A DNA stretch of 64,000 nt from Lama guanicoe (GCA_013239625.1 MU053881.1:6657957-6721956); one strand, 5' to 3'; counted from the stretch's first letter, positions 11,371-24,900 are shown. Program-made: numbers and translations. The notes: a model not told the origin generated them from the letters alone.

Positions 11371-11439
11371 TTCCCCTCTCTCCCTTTCTTTCTTTCTCTT
11401 CTTTCTCCTGTTCCTGTCATTTCTCTCTCCTCTAGCCCC

Positions 11440-11660
11440 TTTGGGTTCAAAATCTTGGCTCTCTCACTTACTAGCTATGTAGCATTGGGCATGTTAACTT
11501 AGTTTTTTTTAATGCCTCAATTTCTTAACCTTTCAAGCAAGAGGTAATTATAGTACCCATTTAGTGGACTGTTGAGAAATTAGGTGAATTAGGGTGTGGA
11601 AAGTTCTCAAACTACACTGAACATAAAATAAATGTTCAGAGTTTTGTCTAATTAATAGCT
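11440..11660 (+). mobile_element. MIR SINE
   Basis: 'tgggttcaaaatcttggctctctcacttactagctatgtagcattgggcatgttaactt'. Confidence 0.8.
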
Positions 11661-14329
11661 CTATTATTATGACTCTGTATAAGGGAGTCAAAAATGAAGA
11701 CCGTGTGAAGACCCACCCAGTCTTGATGGATGGGAGATGGACCTGGTCACGTATAGGGGCTGGTAGTGAACCACACTAATTGGGTGGGAAAGGAGGTGGC
11801 GGGATAAAGTGAGAGACAGGGAAGCCTTGACAGAAGAGGAGAGACTTGAGCTGGGATTTTAGGGAGAAGCAGGTAAAGTTTGCCAAATACAGGCAGACAG
11901 AAGAGCACTGAGGCAAAAGGATAAGACACTGCAGTCACGGCAGTGGGAGAAATCAGCACATCCCGGGGGCGTGGGGGAAGGGGGTGTTCCACAGGACAGA
12001 CAATCAGATCAAGTGTGAGTTCTAGCAAAATCTCTGCCGTGGGAAAAGTGGGTGAGACCAGGACTCAGCCCAGAACCAGGAGGGGGCTGTGGCAGCAGCC
12101 AAGGGAGAGGCAGGAGAGACATTTGGGAGGAGGAACCAGCAGGACCTACAGACCCCACCTGCTCTGCGACATAGCCAGATGAGGCAGGCCTTCCCTGGGA
12201 GCACGTGCTCAACCATTCCATCCCATGGGACTGGCTCTTAGGGGTGCGGGAGGTGTCAGCTCTGGGTTTTTAGCCTGCCCCAGGGGGTTAGGACAGGATG
12301 CACCGCCATTATCAGGACGAGGATGCACCCTGGGCCAAATCGAGTTCCCTCAATTATGCTGGCCACATTCACTCAAAGCCAAACCTAATGTCGTTAGCCT
12401 GGGGCAGGGCGATCAGTCTGTTCTCCTGCCACCATGACAATGAGACTTCACTCCATTAAACCAATTTCCTCCCCATCTCCTTAGACTCAGGAAAATGGGA
12501 GCAACCTCTGGGGAGGGCTGTCTGATCCCTGACCTCTGGCTCACCCCGGCTAGCAGTGTGTTTTTCAGCCCTGCAGGCAGAAGGCCTATTTGCCGTCACT
12601 CATCCACACTGTCACTGAGGTCCCTGGGCTGTGTGATTCAGCTGTGGGATGTGTATCCTCCTCTCCAGTCACCCCCAGCAGTCTCGGACAGGGAGAGCCA
12701 GCACTCCTTCCTCATGATGGCTCAGTTTCGCTAATTGCACTTAATTCCTCTGCGCTGTGCCCAGCAGGGGCCCGCTGAGAGCTCCCTATTGACTGTCTGC
12801 GAAGCTGGCTGGCCTGAGCCACTTGAAAACCAGGCCTGTGGCTGGGAAGGAGATCTGGCCAAGGGAAGGCAGGGGAGAGAGGCTCCGAGCGGGAGCGTGC
12901 TGTGTGCCAGGTGTTTCTGGCGCTCACCCATGCTTGTTGCCTCCTGCCCCATCTGTGTTGTGATTGGGTGTCTGTATGCCTGGTTTTCTCATGGGCCATG
13001 AGCTCACGGAGGGCAGAGATGCTGTTGTGGACATCTTCGTATACAATGCCTGTCCAAACCACCCATAAATGCTTGTGGATCAATCAGGGGGTTTGTTCAC
13101 TAGAATGTAAGCTCCACGAGGGCTGCAACTTCTGTCTATTTAACTTAGCCAGTGCCTCGCACAGTGCCTGACACACTGAGCAAACAAATCCTCCGTCCCA
13201 GCAACCCTGCAAGGCAGGTGCGGTGGACTGCATCTCTGGGCTGCAATTCTTCACTCCCTCCTTGCCCTTCCCAGCCCCACTGACTTCGGACTTGGCCTTG
13301 TGACTTGCTTTGATCACTATAACAACTGGGAATCTGGACCTGACTCCAGAGTTGCTACTCTTTCCTGTGAAAACCATTAGGTCAGGAAAGGGTTTTACTG
13401 GGAGGGAGGGAAGAGTGGGACTGGGAGGTGAGTGTCCCAGGTTCCAGGAAGGCAGCTATGGCCGTGGGCTCCAGGAAAGGAGGGAGACCTGCCACATGGA
13501 TGACTCTGGCTTTGACCACAGAGTTTATGCTACCTCCCACCAGGGCTATGCGGATGATTCCACATCTTCTGGCATTTTTCTTGCTCTGAGCAACTGGCCT
13601 TAACTCTCTGTCCGGCCCTTCAGTCTCATGCTAACTCTGTCATGCTGTGCCTTCCATGGGAATTAGCCTTGCCTTTCAAAGATGCCCTGAGGTACGGGGC
13701 AGCTGTCCACATCTGGTGCACTGGCTCTGCGGGGCTCTCACTGTGGGACCCCAGCTAAGGCAAGCCCCTCCGTGCCCCGGACAACTGTGAACCAGGGGCC
13801 TGAACCACACGGGCTCAAAGGACCCGTCTGCTCCAATTCTAAAAGCTGCCTTCCTCCCCTAACCCCAGCTGGGACCGAGCGCCATCTCTCTTAGAATAAA
13901 GTTGACTAGAATTGTGACCTGAGAAGGCACTTCAGAGATCCTGAAGGAGTGACTGATGAATCTGAGTCTCACTGTCAAGCCAGAAGACCTGAAATCAAGC
14001 CCTACCTTTGTCACGCTTTAACCCATGTGACTTCAGAAAAGCCAGCGCATTTGGGGGGAACCTCAGCTTCCTGATGCAGGAAATGCATAACAAGAGCCAC
14101 CGTGTAGAGCTGTGTAAAAGAGGAAAGGGTATAATACATGTGAAAAAAACCCACATGTATTAGATGCTCAATAAATTTGGAACATACATCTCTAGAATAA
14201 TCCTCTGGGGGGAGGGGTGGGGTATGTATTACTGTGGACGGTGGCTGATGGATGTGGGCTGACAGTCTGCACTGTTGTCAACAGAAAATATATTCTCCTG
14301 GTTTATAATCGTTGGGGCATTTATTCAGG

Positions 14330-14560
14330 ATTATATTAGTGGCCATTCTAAGCACATTACCCATTAGCTCACCGAGTTTAAGAGCAACTGTATGAAATAG
14401 GTAGAATTAGTTTTTCTCCTTTTACATATTAATGAAACTGAGGTATGCCGGGGGTGGGGGAGATTAACAGAATTGGCCAAGGTCACTCAGTTACCAAAAG
14501 GTCAGGACTCAAATACGGGTCAGCCTGGCCCCGGAGTCCTGGCTCCTAACAGCCATGCAA
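14330..14560 (-). mobile_element. MIR SINE
   Basis: 'gaaactgaggta...ttggccaaggtcactcagtta...caggactcaaat'. Confidence 0.65.
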
Positions 14561-14826
14561 TGATCCCTCCTACTTTCTCACTACTCGGAGCTGCGTAAGG
14601 ACGTGATGCCGGACCGTCACGCTGGGTCTGACAGCCTCCTGGAACTGCATTTATTAAACAGTGCCTTGATAAGGGTCCATGGGTCTTTGCTAAGGAGAAA
14701 CTTAAGAAGCACCCCTACAAAACTCGCAGTGGTGTTTGTGATAAGGATTTGGTTAAAACAGTAGCTCACTGCATCCCACAGGGCTCAGGGGAGAAATTTC
14801 TCTCAAATATCAGTGTTAGGAAAGGT

Positions 14827-14999
14827 GAGCGGTTCTCAAACTTAAACGTGCATCACCATTACCTGGAAGCTTGTGAAGACACTGATGTCTGAGCCTCACC
14901 CTCAAATTCTGGGCTGGGGCCTGAGAATTTGTCTATCTCACACATTTCTAGGTGATGCTGAAGCCACTGGCCTGGGGACCACACATTAAGAACCATCGC
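14827..14999. mobile_element. MER5A (hAT-Charlie MITE)
   Basis: 'gcggttctcaaactt...gtgcatca...acctggaagcttgt...ggggcctgagaatttg...ggtgatgctga...ggggaccacac..aagaacca'. Confidence 0.88.
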
Positions 15000-15299
15000 T
15001 GTGGAGGTCTGTGTAACAGATCATGTTTCCATCTTTGCAGGGGTTGCTAGGAAGCCTAGAGACAAATTAGGAACCACTTCAGCAAAAGTTCATGTGCTTT
15101 CCATTCTAACTTTATGCCCAATTTCCTTTTATTTTATTTTTTTTACTTGGATTTTCCTATTTTCACAATTTTCTGACTCACATAAATGAGCAAGTTAGCA
15201 TTTAAAAAGTTTTGTTCAACTGTATCTGTATGTGTCACCAAAAAAAAAAACTATGAAATGCACACACACACATACACAATTAATCAAAAGATTCAGTGA

Positions 15300-15510
15300 A
15301 ATGGCTAAGTGCTTAGATTTCAGCATTAGGCTGACAAGGGATTCAAATTCAGCCACTCTGTGCATCAGTTTCCTCATCTGTAAAACAATGCCTCCTGCGT
15401 CCTAAGCCCTTTGGAAGGATTCTGCCCACGACAATGCGACAGCGCGTGCACTGAAGTGCTTAGCGTGGTGCCTGACACAGCCAGCTCAATAAGTGCTAGT
15501 GATCATTGTA
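15300..15510 (+). mobile_element. MIR SINE
   Basis: 'ctctgtgcatcagtttcctcatctgtaaaa...gtgcttagcgtggtgcctgacacag..gctcaataagtgctag'. Confidence 0.8.
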
Positions 15511-16734
15511 ATTATAATCGGGCAGAAACATAAATAAACAGCCTCGTGGTTGCCGTTGCTCTGTTGACTCGCCCACGTGAGTGGGAGGAAGTGAGGAAGG
15601 GCTTTCTCATTCTGTGTGATAAGCAGCCACCGTGGAGAAGATGGCTTTGTCTTTTCCTGTCTTTGCTACATAGGATTCTGCGATTCTGCAGGAGATGGAG
15701 CAAACAGCACACACCGTGGTGAACAACTTTTTCCTGCCCGGAGCATGGCATTGTGGAGCGCCCCGGGAGCCCCATTATATTGCTATCACACTGGGGCAAA
15801 CAGACATCTCCCTGTTGGAGAGTGATGACAAGTAACGTCAAAGCACAAAATCCAAGTATTCAGAGCCCGACTCCGAGCCAGAGTAACCTTCCCTGCCTCC
15901 ACCCAGGATCGTGCTTCCAACTAGGACCTTAATTCTGAGTTCTGAACGTTTCCTCCAGCAGAGAAGATTTTACAGAGCAGGGAAGGAGCTGCACCCAAGC
16001 CCAAGGCCGTGGGGCTGTCATTTCTCTGAATGAAGAAATTTCACCTTCACGCTAATTTCATTTTCATTATGAGTCAGTTGGGTGTAGACATAGTTCTCCC
16101 CATTTTATGGGTCAGTAAACTGAGGCACAGAGAAGCAAAGAGAACTGCTGAGGTCACACGATGGACGTTATCCGACCGTTCTCACATGACTACAAGGTGA
16201 AGCCCAGCAGACTGGCTGCCTCAGGATTTAACGCTCTTTCATACCTTTTGTTCCCCTCTCGTGTTTGACTGATGACAGCTGGATGAAATGGAGTCTTATC
16301 TGGAATGAATTTAAGGGTTTCCTCGTTCCTAGGAGGGCCCGGGTGACAGCTGTGGGAGACCAGGGGAAAGGGCAGGATATGGGGTGTGTGCCAAACAGAC
16401 CTCTGTGTCAAGTTTTGGTGCCCACTCTTTTCCTGCCTTCACTCCCCTGGCCCAGTCACAGCCCTGATGTGAAAACCTTCCAGATGGTATCCAGGTGACC
16501 CAGACAGGCCCCAAGTCAGGGGCCATTAATATGCAAGACCCAACAAAGCAAGAGGCAGGAGCGGTGTATGGCCGCGCAGAGAGCCTTGGACCCAGGGTCA
16601 AGAGCCCTAGCTCTGACGTTCGCTAGCGGTGGTGTGATCTAGTGTGCGACCTGAGTGTGATGTGGTCCCTCCAGACAGCCTGGCCTCCAGCTTCACACTC
16701 CTCCTGAGGCCATCCTCCTTCATCCCATCCTCCC

Positions 16735-17116
16735 TATGGTACCCTGAATAAAGGCCCCCAGGATGGCCACATTCTAGTCCCTGGAACCTCTGTGAATGTC
16801 CTCATCTGGTAAAGACTTTGCTATGTGGTTAAGTTAAAGATCTTGAGATGGGACACCACCCAGGATTAACTGGGCGGGCTCTAAATGAAACCCCATGTAC
16901 CCTTATAATAGGAAGGCAGAGGAGATCTGACAGAAGAGTGCAAGGAGGCAGCGAATGGAGGGATGTGGCAGCGACAACACCTTGATTTTGGCCCAGTGAT
17001 ACTGACTGTAGAATTCTGAGCTTCAGAACCGTGAGAGAATAAATTTCTGGGTTTTTTTTCAGCCCATCAAATTTGTGGTAATTTGTTACAGCGGCCACAG
17101 GAAGCTAGCTAATACA
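16735..17116 (+). mobile_element. MaLR LTR, MLT1B/C/D-like
   Basis: 'ctgaataaaggcccccagga...ccctggaacctc...gactttgctatgtggttaagttaaagatcttgagatggg...aaatttgtggtaatttgttacagcggccacaggaagctagctaataca'. Confidence 0.9.
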
Positions 17117-18569
17117 GCCCCCAAACAAATGCAGTTCTAAAAGCATGGGCAAGTCATATAGATTTTACTGAAGATTTCATCGGGAGATGAGAAACGAATT
17201 CCCACTGAGCATGATACGGCTGGAAATTAACCAGGCTCCACATTAGCGATCTCTGCCCTTTAGGATCCCTCCCCTCAGCCGAGACCCTCATCTTGGGTCT
17301 GTACCATATTTCCGTGACCCCAGAGAGTCTTGGGCAGTTTATTTACGGCCACTCCCAGGCGAACAAAAGGACCCTCCCTGAAATAAAGCATTCAGCCGGC
17401 GGGGATCGACTATACATAAGAAAAGGCGGTATTTTCTCTGTCGTGAGTGGACTGAGCAGGGACTCAGAGTCGTACAGACCTGGAAGCCCCCTCCAGGCCG
17501 TCACTCAGTGCTGGGAGACAGCAGCCTCTCCGCAGGTGCCTCAAGATCTCATCTGTTAATTGAGGGGTTTGAATACCTACCTCTTAGGGTCACTGTGAAA
17601 ATAAGAGATGCAGGTAGCCTGGGTTTGGCACATAGTCATCACTCAACAAATGATCTTTTATATTAGACAGTGATGTTTGGATTAATTGAGCACTTATTGT
17701 GGGTTGAGTATTACTCTAAGCTTTTTACAAGGATGAGCGCATTCATCCCTCACCTCTGCTCTATGAAACTGGCATGAGAAAAAGGAGGCATGAGAAGCTA
17801 AATACAGTGAACTGAAAGTGACTGTGGCAGGCGTGTGGATCCAAACTAGGGCAGTCCCCCTCCAGAGACACACCTTTAGTCATGAGTGAGATGGGGGACC
17901 CTGTGAAGAATCTAAGCTGGGATTTGGCTGTGTCTGAGGGTGCTGGCAAGCCGGCGGTGGTCCCTCCACCAGCTTCGGCGAGGGGATCTGAGCGTTTCCT
18001 GCAAGAGAGCACATCCTGGGGAAAGGAGCTCGCAGGAGTAGCTGGGCAGTCAGAGGGCAGCTTGGTGGCTGCGCTGGCATCTGGCCCCAGCCTGGGGTGC
18101 TGCCTGGTGGGAGGGAGCAGTTTCTTGGACAAAGCAGTGCTTCAGGGGAGAAGCAGAGCAGCAGGAGAAAGAAACAGCCGATGCCACATTTTGTAGCTGA
18201 CGTTCTGCGAAGAACAAGTGTGAGTGTGAACCAAGGGCTTCTGAGTTATGACTGTGAATGTGGCCTCACTGACACAGGCTGGTGAGATAACAGCTATTAA
18301 TTTTAATAAGTGTTGTTATGAGGACTAAATGAGGTCATGCAGGTACACTAGACATGTCACATGGCCCGCCAGGCCCAGGTCCCTACACTGCCCAACCTAC
18401 AGCCCCAGAAGAAAGAGAACACCTGAGACGGCCAAGTCCAAGGCCCGGGGACTCCAGTCCTCCCACTCGTCTGTTCCCCAGCAGCTGATTGGCCACCAAA
18501 AGCTGTCAGTCATCTCAAAGGCTGTGGAGAGAGAGATTGCTGCCTGCTGGTTTAAAAAGGATGGGCTTC

Positions 18570-18882
18570 ACATCTATTAGAATGGCCATAATTAAAAAAT
18601 ATATACAGTAACAAGTATTGGCAAGGGTGTGGCAATACTGGAATCCTTGCACATGTTTGGTGGGGATGTAAAATGGGGCAGCTCCTGTGGAAAGCAGTTT
18701 GGCAGTTCCTCAATAACTGAAGTACAGAATTGTTCTAGGACTCAGCAATTCTACTCTTAGGTATAAACTCAAAAGAACTGAAAACAGGTGTTCAAAAGAA
18801 AAATCTATACATGAAAGTTCATAGTGGCACATTTATAATAGCCAAAAGGTGGACAAACTCTGTATGTTCATCAAACAATGAA

Positions 18883-18922
<40 letters not shown>

Positions 18923-19287
18923 AATATTATTTAGCCATGAAAAGGAATGAAACATTGACACATGCTACAGCATGAATGACCCCTGAAAATATGATGCCAA
19001 GTGAAAGAGGTCAGACACAAAGACCACAGAGGGTATGAATCCACTAATGTGAGATGCCCAGAGTAAGCAATTCTGCAGAGACAGAAAGGAGACTAGTGGT
19101 CGCCAGGGGCTGGGGGCAGGTGGGGAGAGGATACTGGGTTTCTGTTTGGGCTGAAGAAAGTTTGGGAATAAGATAGTGGTGATGGGTGAACAACACAGTG
19201 AACATTCTTAATGCCACTGAATTGTATACTTTAACATGGTCAAAATCATCAGTTTTATGTCATGTGTATTTTATCACAAGAAAAATA
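18570..19287 (+). mobile_element. L1 3' fragment (old, L1MB-like): end of ORF2 and 3' UTR
   Basis: 'ttagaatggccataatt...aacaagtattggcaagggtgtgg...cagtttggcagttcctc...ggaatattatttagccatgaaaaggaatg...gccactgaattgtatacttt...ttttatcacaa'. Confidence 0.9.
18888..18920 (+). repeat. (CA)n microsatellite inside L1
   Basis: Perfect CA run. Confidence 0.95.
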
Positions 19288-20465
19288 CAAAGAGGGGCGA
19301 GATGTATCTGACTCTCCCTCTGTCTCTCACAGAAATTGTCACTGGGAAATGCCAAGAAAATGTGGACATTGGAGCAGAGGCTGAAAGATCTTAGGAAGAG
19401 CAGGCCCAGAAACGCTTCCAGAGTAGATCCAGACACCCTGGATCAGCCGCGGTGACAAGGATGCAGGGGCTGGGATGCACAGACAGGACAAAGGAGGGAG
19501 GGCAGGCCGCTGGTGCAGAGAGCTTGACGGAGCACCTGGGATGAGCTCTCGCTGCTGCAGGAGCTCACCCCAACTTACAACTTGGAGGAACCGAGGCTCA
19601 GAGCGGTGGGCCCACCCCTCGCTGTCCACTGACACAGAGGCAAGAATCAAATGTAGGCCTTTAACCGCGGCTCCATGCTGTGCCCCAGGTTAGGTCGATA
19701 ACCCTGCTCAGGTCATTTCCTGAGCTGGAGGAGGGAGAGAGGGAGACCCACTGGCTCAGAGAACCAGATCTGCTCAGGGAAGAGGTGGCCCAGTGCAAAT
19801 GGGCTTCCTTGTGCAGAGAAGTGGTTTGCAGAGACCGCTCCTGGGGGCTGAACCTGTCTCAGTGTAATTCTCAGTCATTCTGGCCAGATGAGACCACTGG
19901 CCAGATGAGTTCCCCTGCACGGAAGGCTCTGCAGTCAGCCCCTACAGGTGGGGTTGCCAACCTCGGTTAAATACCAGGAATGAGCAGAGAACAGGGGCTT
20001 ATTTTCCTGTGGCTTCCTCACCTTCATCCACCATCCCGCTGACCTCCACCCCGCCTCCCCAGGCTTCTTGGAGACCAAACAGCCCACATTTGCACAAAGC
20101 CTTGCCAGTCCCAACTGCCCTTTGGCTTCTCCCTACAAGGATGACATGGGCCACAGTGAAGGTCAAGATGGGCTCTGGGCTGAGGGTCCTAAATATCCTG
20201 CTTGGGCCTCGAGGTGGCATCGGTGGTTTCTTTCCTCTGCTGCTCCAGATCCCCTCCACTGAACCTACTTTGTCCAACATAGACTGCAGTGCCATGGGCT
20301 TCGGCACTAGAGAGGACTCTTCAGGTTCCATTGCACCCCTGCCCCACCTGCCCCAAGCTCATTCCAGTTGGCTTTCTGTCACTGGCAACCAAGAGAATCC
20401 TGACGCTGAGGAAATTTCCCTAAAATCGGACCCGCCCTTCATCCCGCCCTTCCCACGTCAGTTAG

Positions 20466-20499
20466 TGCTGCCACCTGCTGGCCAAGTCAGATAACTGCG
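20466..20499 (-). promoter_or_regulatory. CTCF motif with upstream (ZF9-11) module, reverse orientation
   Basis: Reverse complement cGCAGTtatctgact-TGGCCAGCAGGTGGCAGCA. Confidence 0.7.
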
Positions 20500-20519
20500 A
20501 GGCCCCCTGCTGTCCACCC

Positions 20520-21200
20520 TCACCGCCGATGCGTCTCCAGCCCCAGTAGATTTTACTTCCTGCCATCCCCTGAACTTTGTCCCTTTCTCTCCAGCTTAGT
20601 TCAGGCCTCATGATCTCTTGCCTTTAGCAGTTTTCTTTAGTAGTTTCTCAATTGACTTCCATATTCCCCAATCTCTTTCCTTCCAACTTCTGCATCTCCC
20701 CGAGTCTACCCTCCAGTGGCAAGTAAGACCAGAGTGATTTCCCTGAAATTCCATGCCCTATACCCTCTATCAATAACACCCATTGTCTGCGTACTGAAGT
20801 CCAGACGCTTCTGCCTGGCATTCAAGGCTCTGCCTGGCCTGGGCTCCACTTACCCCATAGCCCCAGCAGAAGCCCACGTGGGATTTGAGCATGTGCCGGA
20901 CTCTCTCACCTGCACCCCTTGCTCATGCTGCGCCCTTGCTGGGACACTTTCCGGCCTCCTCTGTTTGGCTAACTGGTCACCTCCGTGACCCCTGCCCTCA
21001 CATGCCCCAGCTGTGTCACTTGACCTCGAGGCTCCTACCCAGACCCCCGTGCAGACCCTCCCTGGTCACGTGTCCATGACCCTCTGTTTACTTGTCTGTC
21101 TCTGTGGCATCTGTCTCATCTGTCATTGTGTGCCTGGCTCCCAGCACAGGGCCTGCCACATAGCAGGGGCTCATTAATGAATCGGTAAATAAGTTAACAA
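20520..21200 (+). mobile_element. L2 LINE (3' portion, degenerate)
   Basis: 'ttagttcaggcctcatgatctcttgcct...ccagagtgatttccctgaaa...gcctggcattcaaggctctg...cccagcacagggcctgccacatagcaggggctcattaatgaat'. Confidence 0.75.
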
Positions 21201-23959
21201 AAGAATGAACAAAAAATGATCAGTGAGTCTAGACTCTCAGGTGAGGAAAGTGGAAGCTTTTCTTCCCACCCCTCCTTCCCACCAAAGGTGTGATTTGGAC
21301 CATGGCGGCTCCTCTGTGTACCAGTTCAGCTCAGCACAACCTCCAGCGACACTTTGAATTCCTGTAAATTACTTCCCTGCTATGACTTGTAAGCTGGGTT
21401 GCCAAGCAACGGGAGGGGATTTGGTCCTTATCAAAGGGCCTCATCTGTACATTATGTACTCTGAAGGTGCCCTAGTGCAGGTCGGGGGCGGGCAGAGCCC
21501 CACTCCCTCAGCCCCTCTGCCCTGCTGGGCACTCCGGCCGCAGTCTCATCCCTGGCCCTGCAAGCAGCTGGCCCTGCTGGGGGCACCCGAGACAGCCTCT
21601 TTCCGAGATGCTATCCCAACTGGCTCACTCTGGGGTCAGGAGAGGAGAGAGAGCTCATGAGCTGCGACCTGGCGCAGAACCCAGAGACCGCACGCTTTGA
21701 AATCAGGAAGCTGGGGCTTTGCAGCCCAGAACTGGCACTTAGCCACGTGCCCTTGGGGACGTCCTTCTCCTGGGCAAGTCTGGTCTGCTCGTCTGGTCAG
21801 TGTAAACAGTAAGACCCACTCGCCAGGCTCGGGGAGGATTAGCTGAGATGATGTGGTCCAGTCCCACTGTGATGTTAGCACTGAGCAGCCGCACATGAAT
21901 GGCTGCTGTTGTCTGTGATCCTGGAGGGCTGTTGCCACTCCGGGGAGTAGAAACCACAGCACTGGGAGGTCAGGCTTGAGTGAGAGGCTCTGCTTGTGTC
22001 ATTGTGGCCCTTTGGGAATGTCTTGTCACTCACCCTAGACATCACAGCCACATGGCAGATGGGTGGATGTTCAACCTCCAAATTTCCTTCTATCTCTGAG
22101 AGTTTTTTCAGCTACCATTCACTGGGCCTCTGCTACAACCAGGACGTGAGCCAGGCGCCCCTCTCCCCCTCCCAAACGGCCTGTGATGAAGCTGTTTCCA
22201 TCCCCATGGGCACCAGGCTCGGCTGCAGGGTTTGAATCCAGGTGTGCCTAATCTGAAAGTCCCTGCGGCCCAGAAGCAGAGCGGGGAGGTGCTGAGTGGT
22301 GGAGAGGTGCGAGGCCAGGAGGGAAGGCCACCTGTGTGGGCTGGACTGGGGCCAGGGCACAGGGCCCCACGGTAAGTATTTGCTGATGGAGTGGCCTTAA
22401 AAGCAAAGGAAATCCATGCATTGTGCGGGGCCTGACCTTAACCTTTCAGAGTCTTGTGAATTAAAGGCCTCAGAGAAAGGCTTGAGTGTGGTGCAGGGTG
22501 GGGGCCCTTGGGCTTCGAGGGGCTCTGAATCATACACAGAGGGGGCTGCCTGCCTCACCCACCTGGTGATAATCCAGAGTGAGGTCATTTGATGGTGACT
22601 TCAGCTCGGTCCTGCTGGCACCATTCCATCTCAGTGGCCACTTCTGGCCCCTGCCGCCTGCTTCACTGCCCTCTGCCAGGGTCAAGGCCAGACAGGCTGC
22701 ACCTCTTCAAGGACACCTTTCCAGATGTCAGAAAGCTGCATGGTGGTCCCTCCCTGTGCTGCGAAGCCTCCATTACAACACAAAGCACACATTTCAACCT
22801 CGTTCTCCCAACCTGAGCACACGAGTCAGGTCTGGTCCACATTTGGTCTGCAGCCCCCGCACAGGGTGGGAGCAGAGCAGGTGTCTACAAGAATAGTGGC
22901 GAGGGGGAATGAATGCAGTCTTTCTTCTGTTTTCTCCACTGCTAATGCATTTATTGTTTCTGGCCCTACCTGCCCTCAGATTTCACTCCATTTCCTTCCT
23001 CCATCTTGCATAGCTTTTAAATACCACTTGTGTCTTATTGAGATTAAAAACTAAGAGAAGCCTTGAACAGCTAGTGTGCCTCACCCTAAGAGAGGGTGGT
23101 GGAACCATAGGCTAGGATTTTGAGGGCAGAGCTGAAGCCAGGCTGAAGTTTCATGGGATGCTCTAGTCTGGCTCCCAGGCAAGGATCCGCCTTCTGCCTC
23201 CATCTCTCGTTCTGTCTCTAGGGATGGCTGGCAGCTGACTATGGTTCTGATCCATTGCTCCCATAATTACCTCCAAATGTTATTTTCATGAAGCCATATT
23301 CTCCTCCACACCGCTGTGACTCCCAGCCGTCCCGGCCACGTGCCCCATTAGTTTCAAACCTGGAGCTGGTGTATTTAAAGGGCACCACAGCCCAGCTCAC
23401 AGCCCTGGCCTACAAACCAGGACAGGGCTGCTCTGGAGAGAGAGGGCAGGAGCAGGTGTTTATCAAATACATACAAGGGGTGTTGAGCTTACCCGTGGCA
23501 GGCGTGCTCTCTGTGATGACCTGCTATGGTTATAATCCCTGCTTTATAGATTGAGGAGACTGAGGTCCCGAGAAGGGGTGCAACTTGCCCAGGGGGTCCA
23601 CGGCAGAACGTGGGCTTATGCCAGGGCTGTCTGGTCCCAAGCCTGGGCTCCATGCCCTGCACACACCTCCTCCCACCTCCTGTTCGGAAGTACCACCGGT
23701 GACCCAGGATCACCTCTTGGGGAAGGTGCATGTACAAAATCAAAAGTCCCGGGAGACAGAGGCCCTTTCTCGTCCAGGAGGCTCTGTCCTCTCTCTCCAT
23801 TCGCACAGACGCTGAACTGGGACTCTGACCCCACGGTCTGGCTCTGGGCTGGCCCAGGTCGGCCTCTGTGCTGAAATGTCATGTCACCAAATGTAAAGGT
23901 GTGCAGCCACTGCCAAGTTCATGGTAGGCTGAATTGTTGTTTATTTGGACAATAACTAG

Positions 23960-24140
23960 AGAAGGTTGACTGAGTGCTCACTGTGGGCCAGGCACCCTGC
24001 TTCACATCGGTCTCCTGATTGAAGCCCTAATATTAAGCCCGTTTTCTAGATGAGGAAACAAGATCCAGGAGGCTGGCTGACTGGCCCAAGGTCACAGAGA
24101 CGGTACGTGGTGGAGCTGGTATTGAAAACTAAATCTCATT
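23960..24140 (-). mobile_element. MIR SINE
   Basis: 'cccgttttctagatgaggaaaca...gactggcccaaggtcacag'. Confidence 0.75.
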
Positions 24141-24289
24141 CCAGCCCAATTCTGCGGCACAGTATTTCCAAACACGGACTGGCCACCCGCTGGCTGCGTG
24201 CCCGTCATGGCGCTAGTCAAGTTCTGTGAGCTCTTTCGCTGAATCAGTGACATTGGAGGCACATCCTATTTGTTGTTAAATAGAGTTTA

Positions 24290-24420
24290 TAGAAGGGGAA
24301 ACTGAGGCTCCGAGCAGCTGGCTGACGTGCCCAGGGTCGCACAGCTGACAAATGGTGGAATGGAGATTTGAATCAGGCCCTTTTGGTTCCAGACAGCTTA
24401 AACTCTAACCATTTGCTGTC
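24290..24420 (-). mobile_element. MIR SINE
   Basis: 'ggggaaactgaggctc...gtgcccagggtcgcacagctgacaaatggtggaatggagatttgaa'. Confidence 0.75.
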
Positions 24421-24429
24421 CTACCCCTG

Positions 24430-24900
24430 CAAATTGTATATGCCTACTGAATGCAGGGCACTAAGCTAGGCTCTTGGGAGGCAGTGATCAGTGAGACATG
24501 CTTCGAGGGAGGCCAAAAGGGAAGTCCTCAGACACAGCGCAGTGTGAGAAGGGTGGTCTGAGGTGTCTGTCCAGGGCTGGGGAGGCTGGGAAAGGGTCGG
24601 CATGGGTGTATGGAGGCCAAAAGCGGCTCCCAAGAGTAGAGGAAGCTTAGTCTGGATCTTAAAGGACAAGCAGGATTTGGGTGGGGGAAAAAAATAAAAG
24701 GAAGAAGGGAATTCAGGCAGAGGGAACAGCCTGTGCTAAAGTCTAGAAGCAAAATACAGCATGATGTTCTCAGGGAAACGCAGGTCTTTCCATGTGGGAT
24801 TGGCCAAGAGTTCCGGGTGGTGATCAACTTAAGGTACAGGTGGAGAGGCAGGCCAGGGCCAGGTTGAATACAGTATGGGGGCAGGAGCAGCAGTGCAATC
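24430..24900 (-). mobile_element. L2 LINE fragment
   Basis: 'gcctactgaatgcagggcactaagctaggctc...ctggatcttaaagga...ttcaggcagagggaacagcctgtgctaaag'. Confidence 0.7.

Noticed and set aside
18550..19300. TSD for the old L1 at 18.6-19.3 kb
   Set aside because: aaaaggatgggc versus aaagaggggc is too degenerate to call
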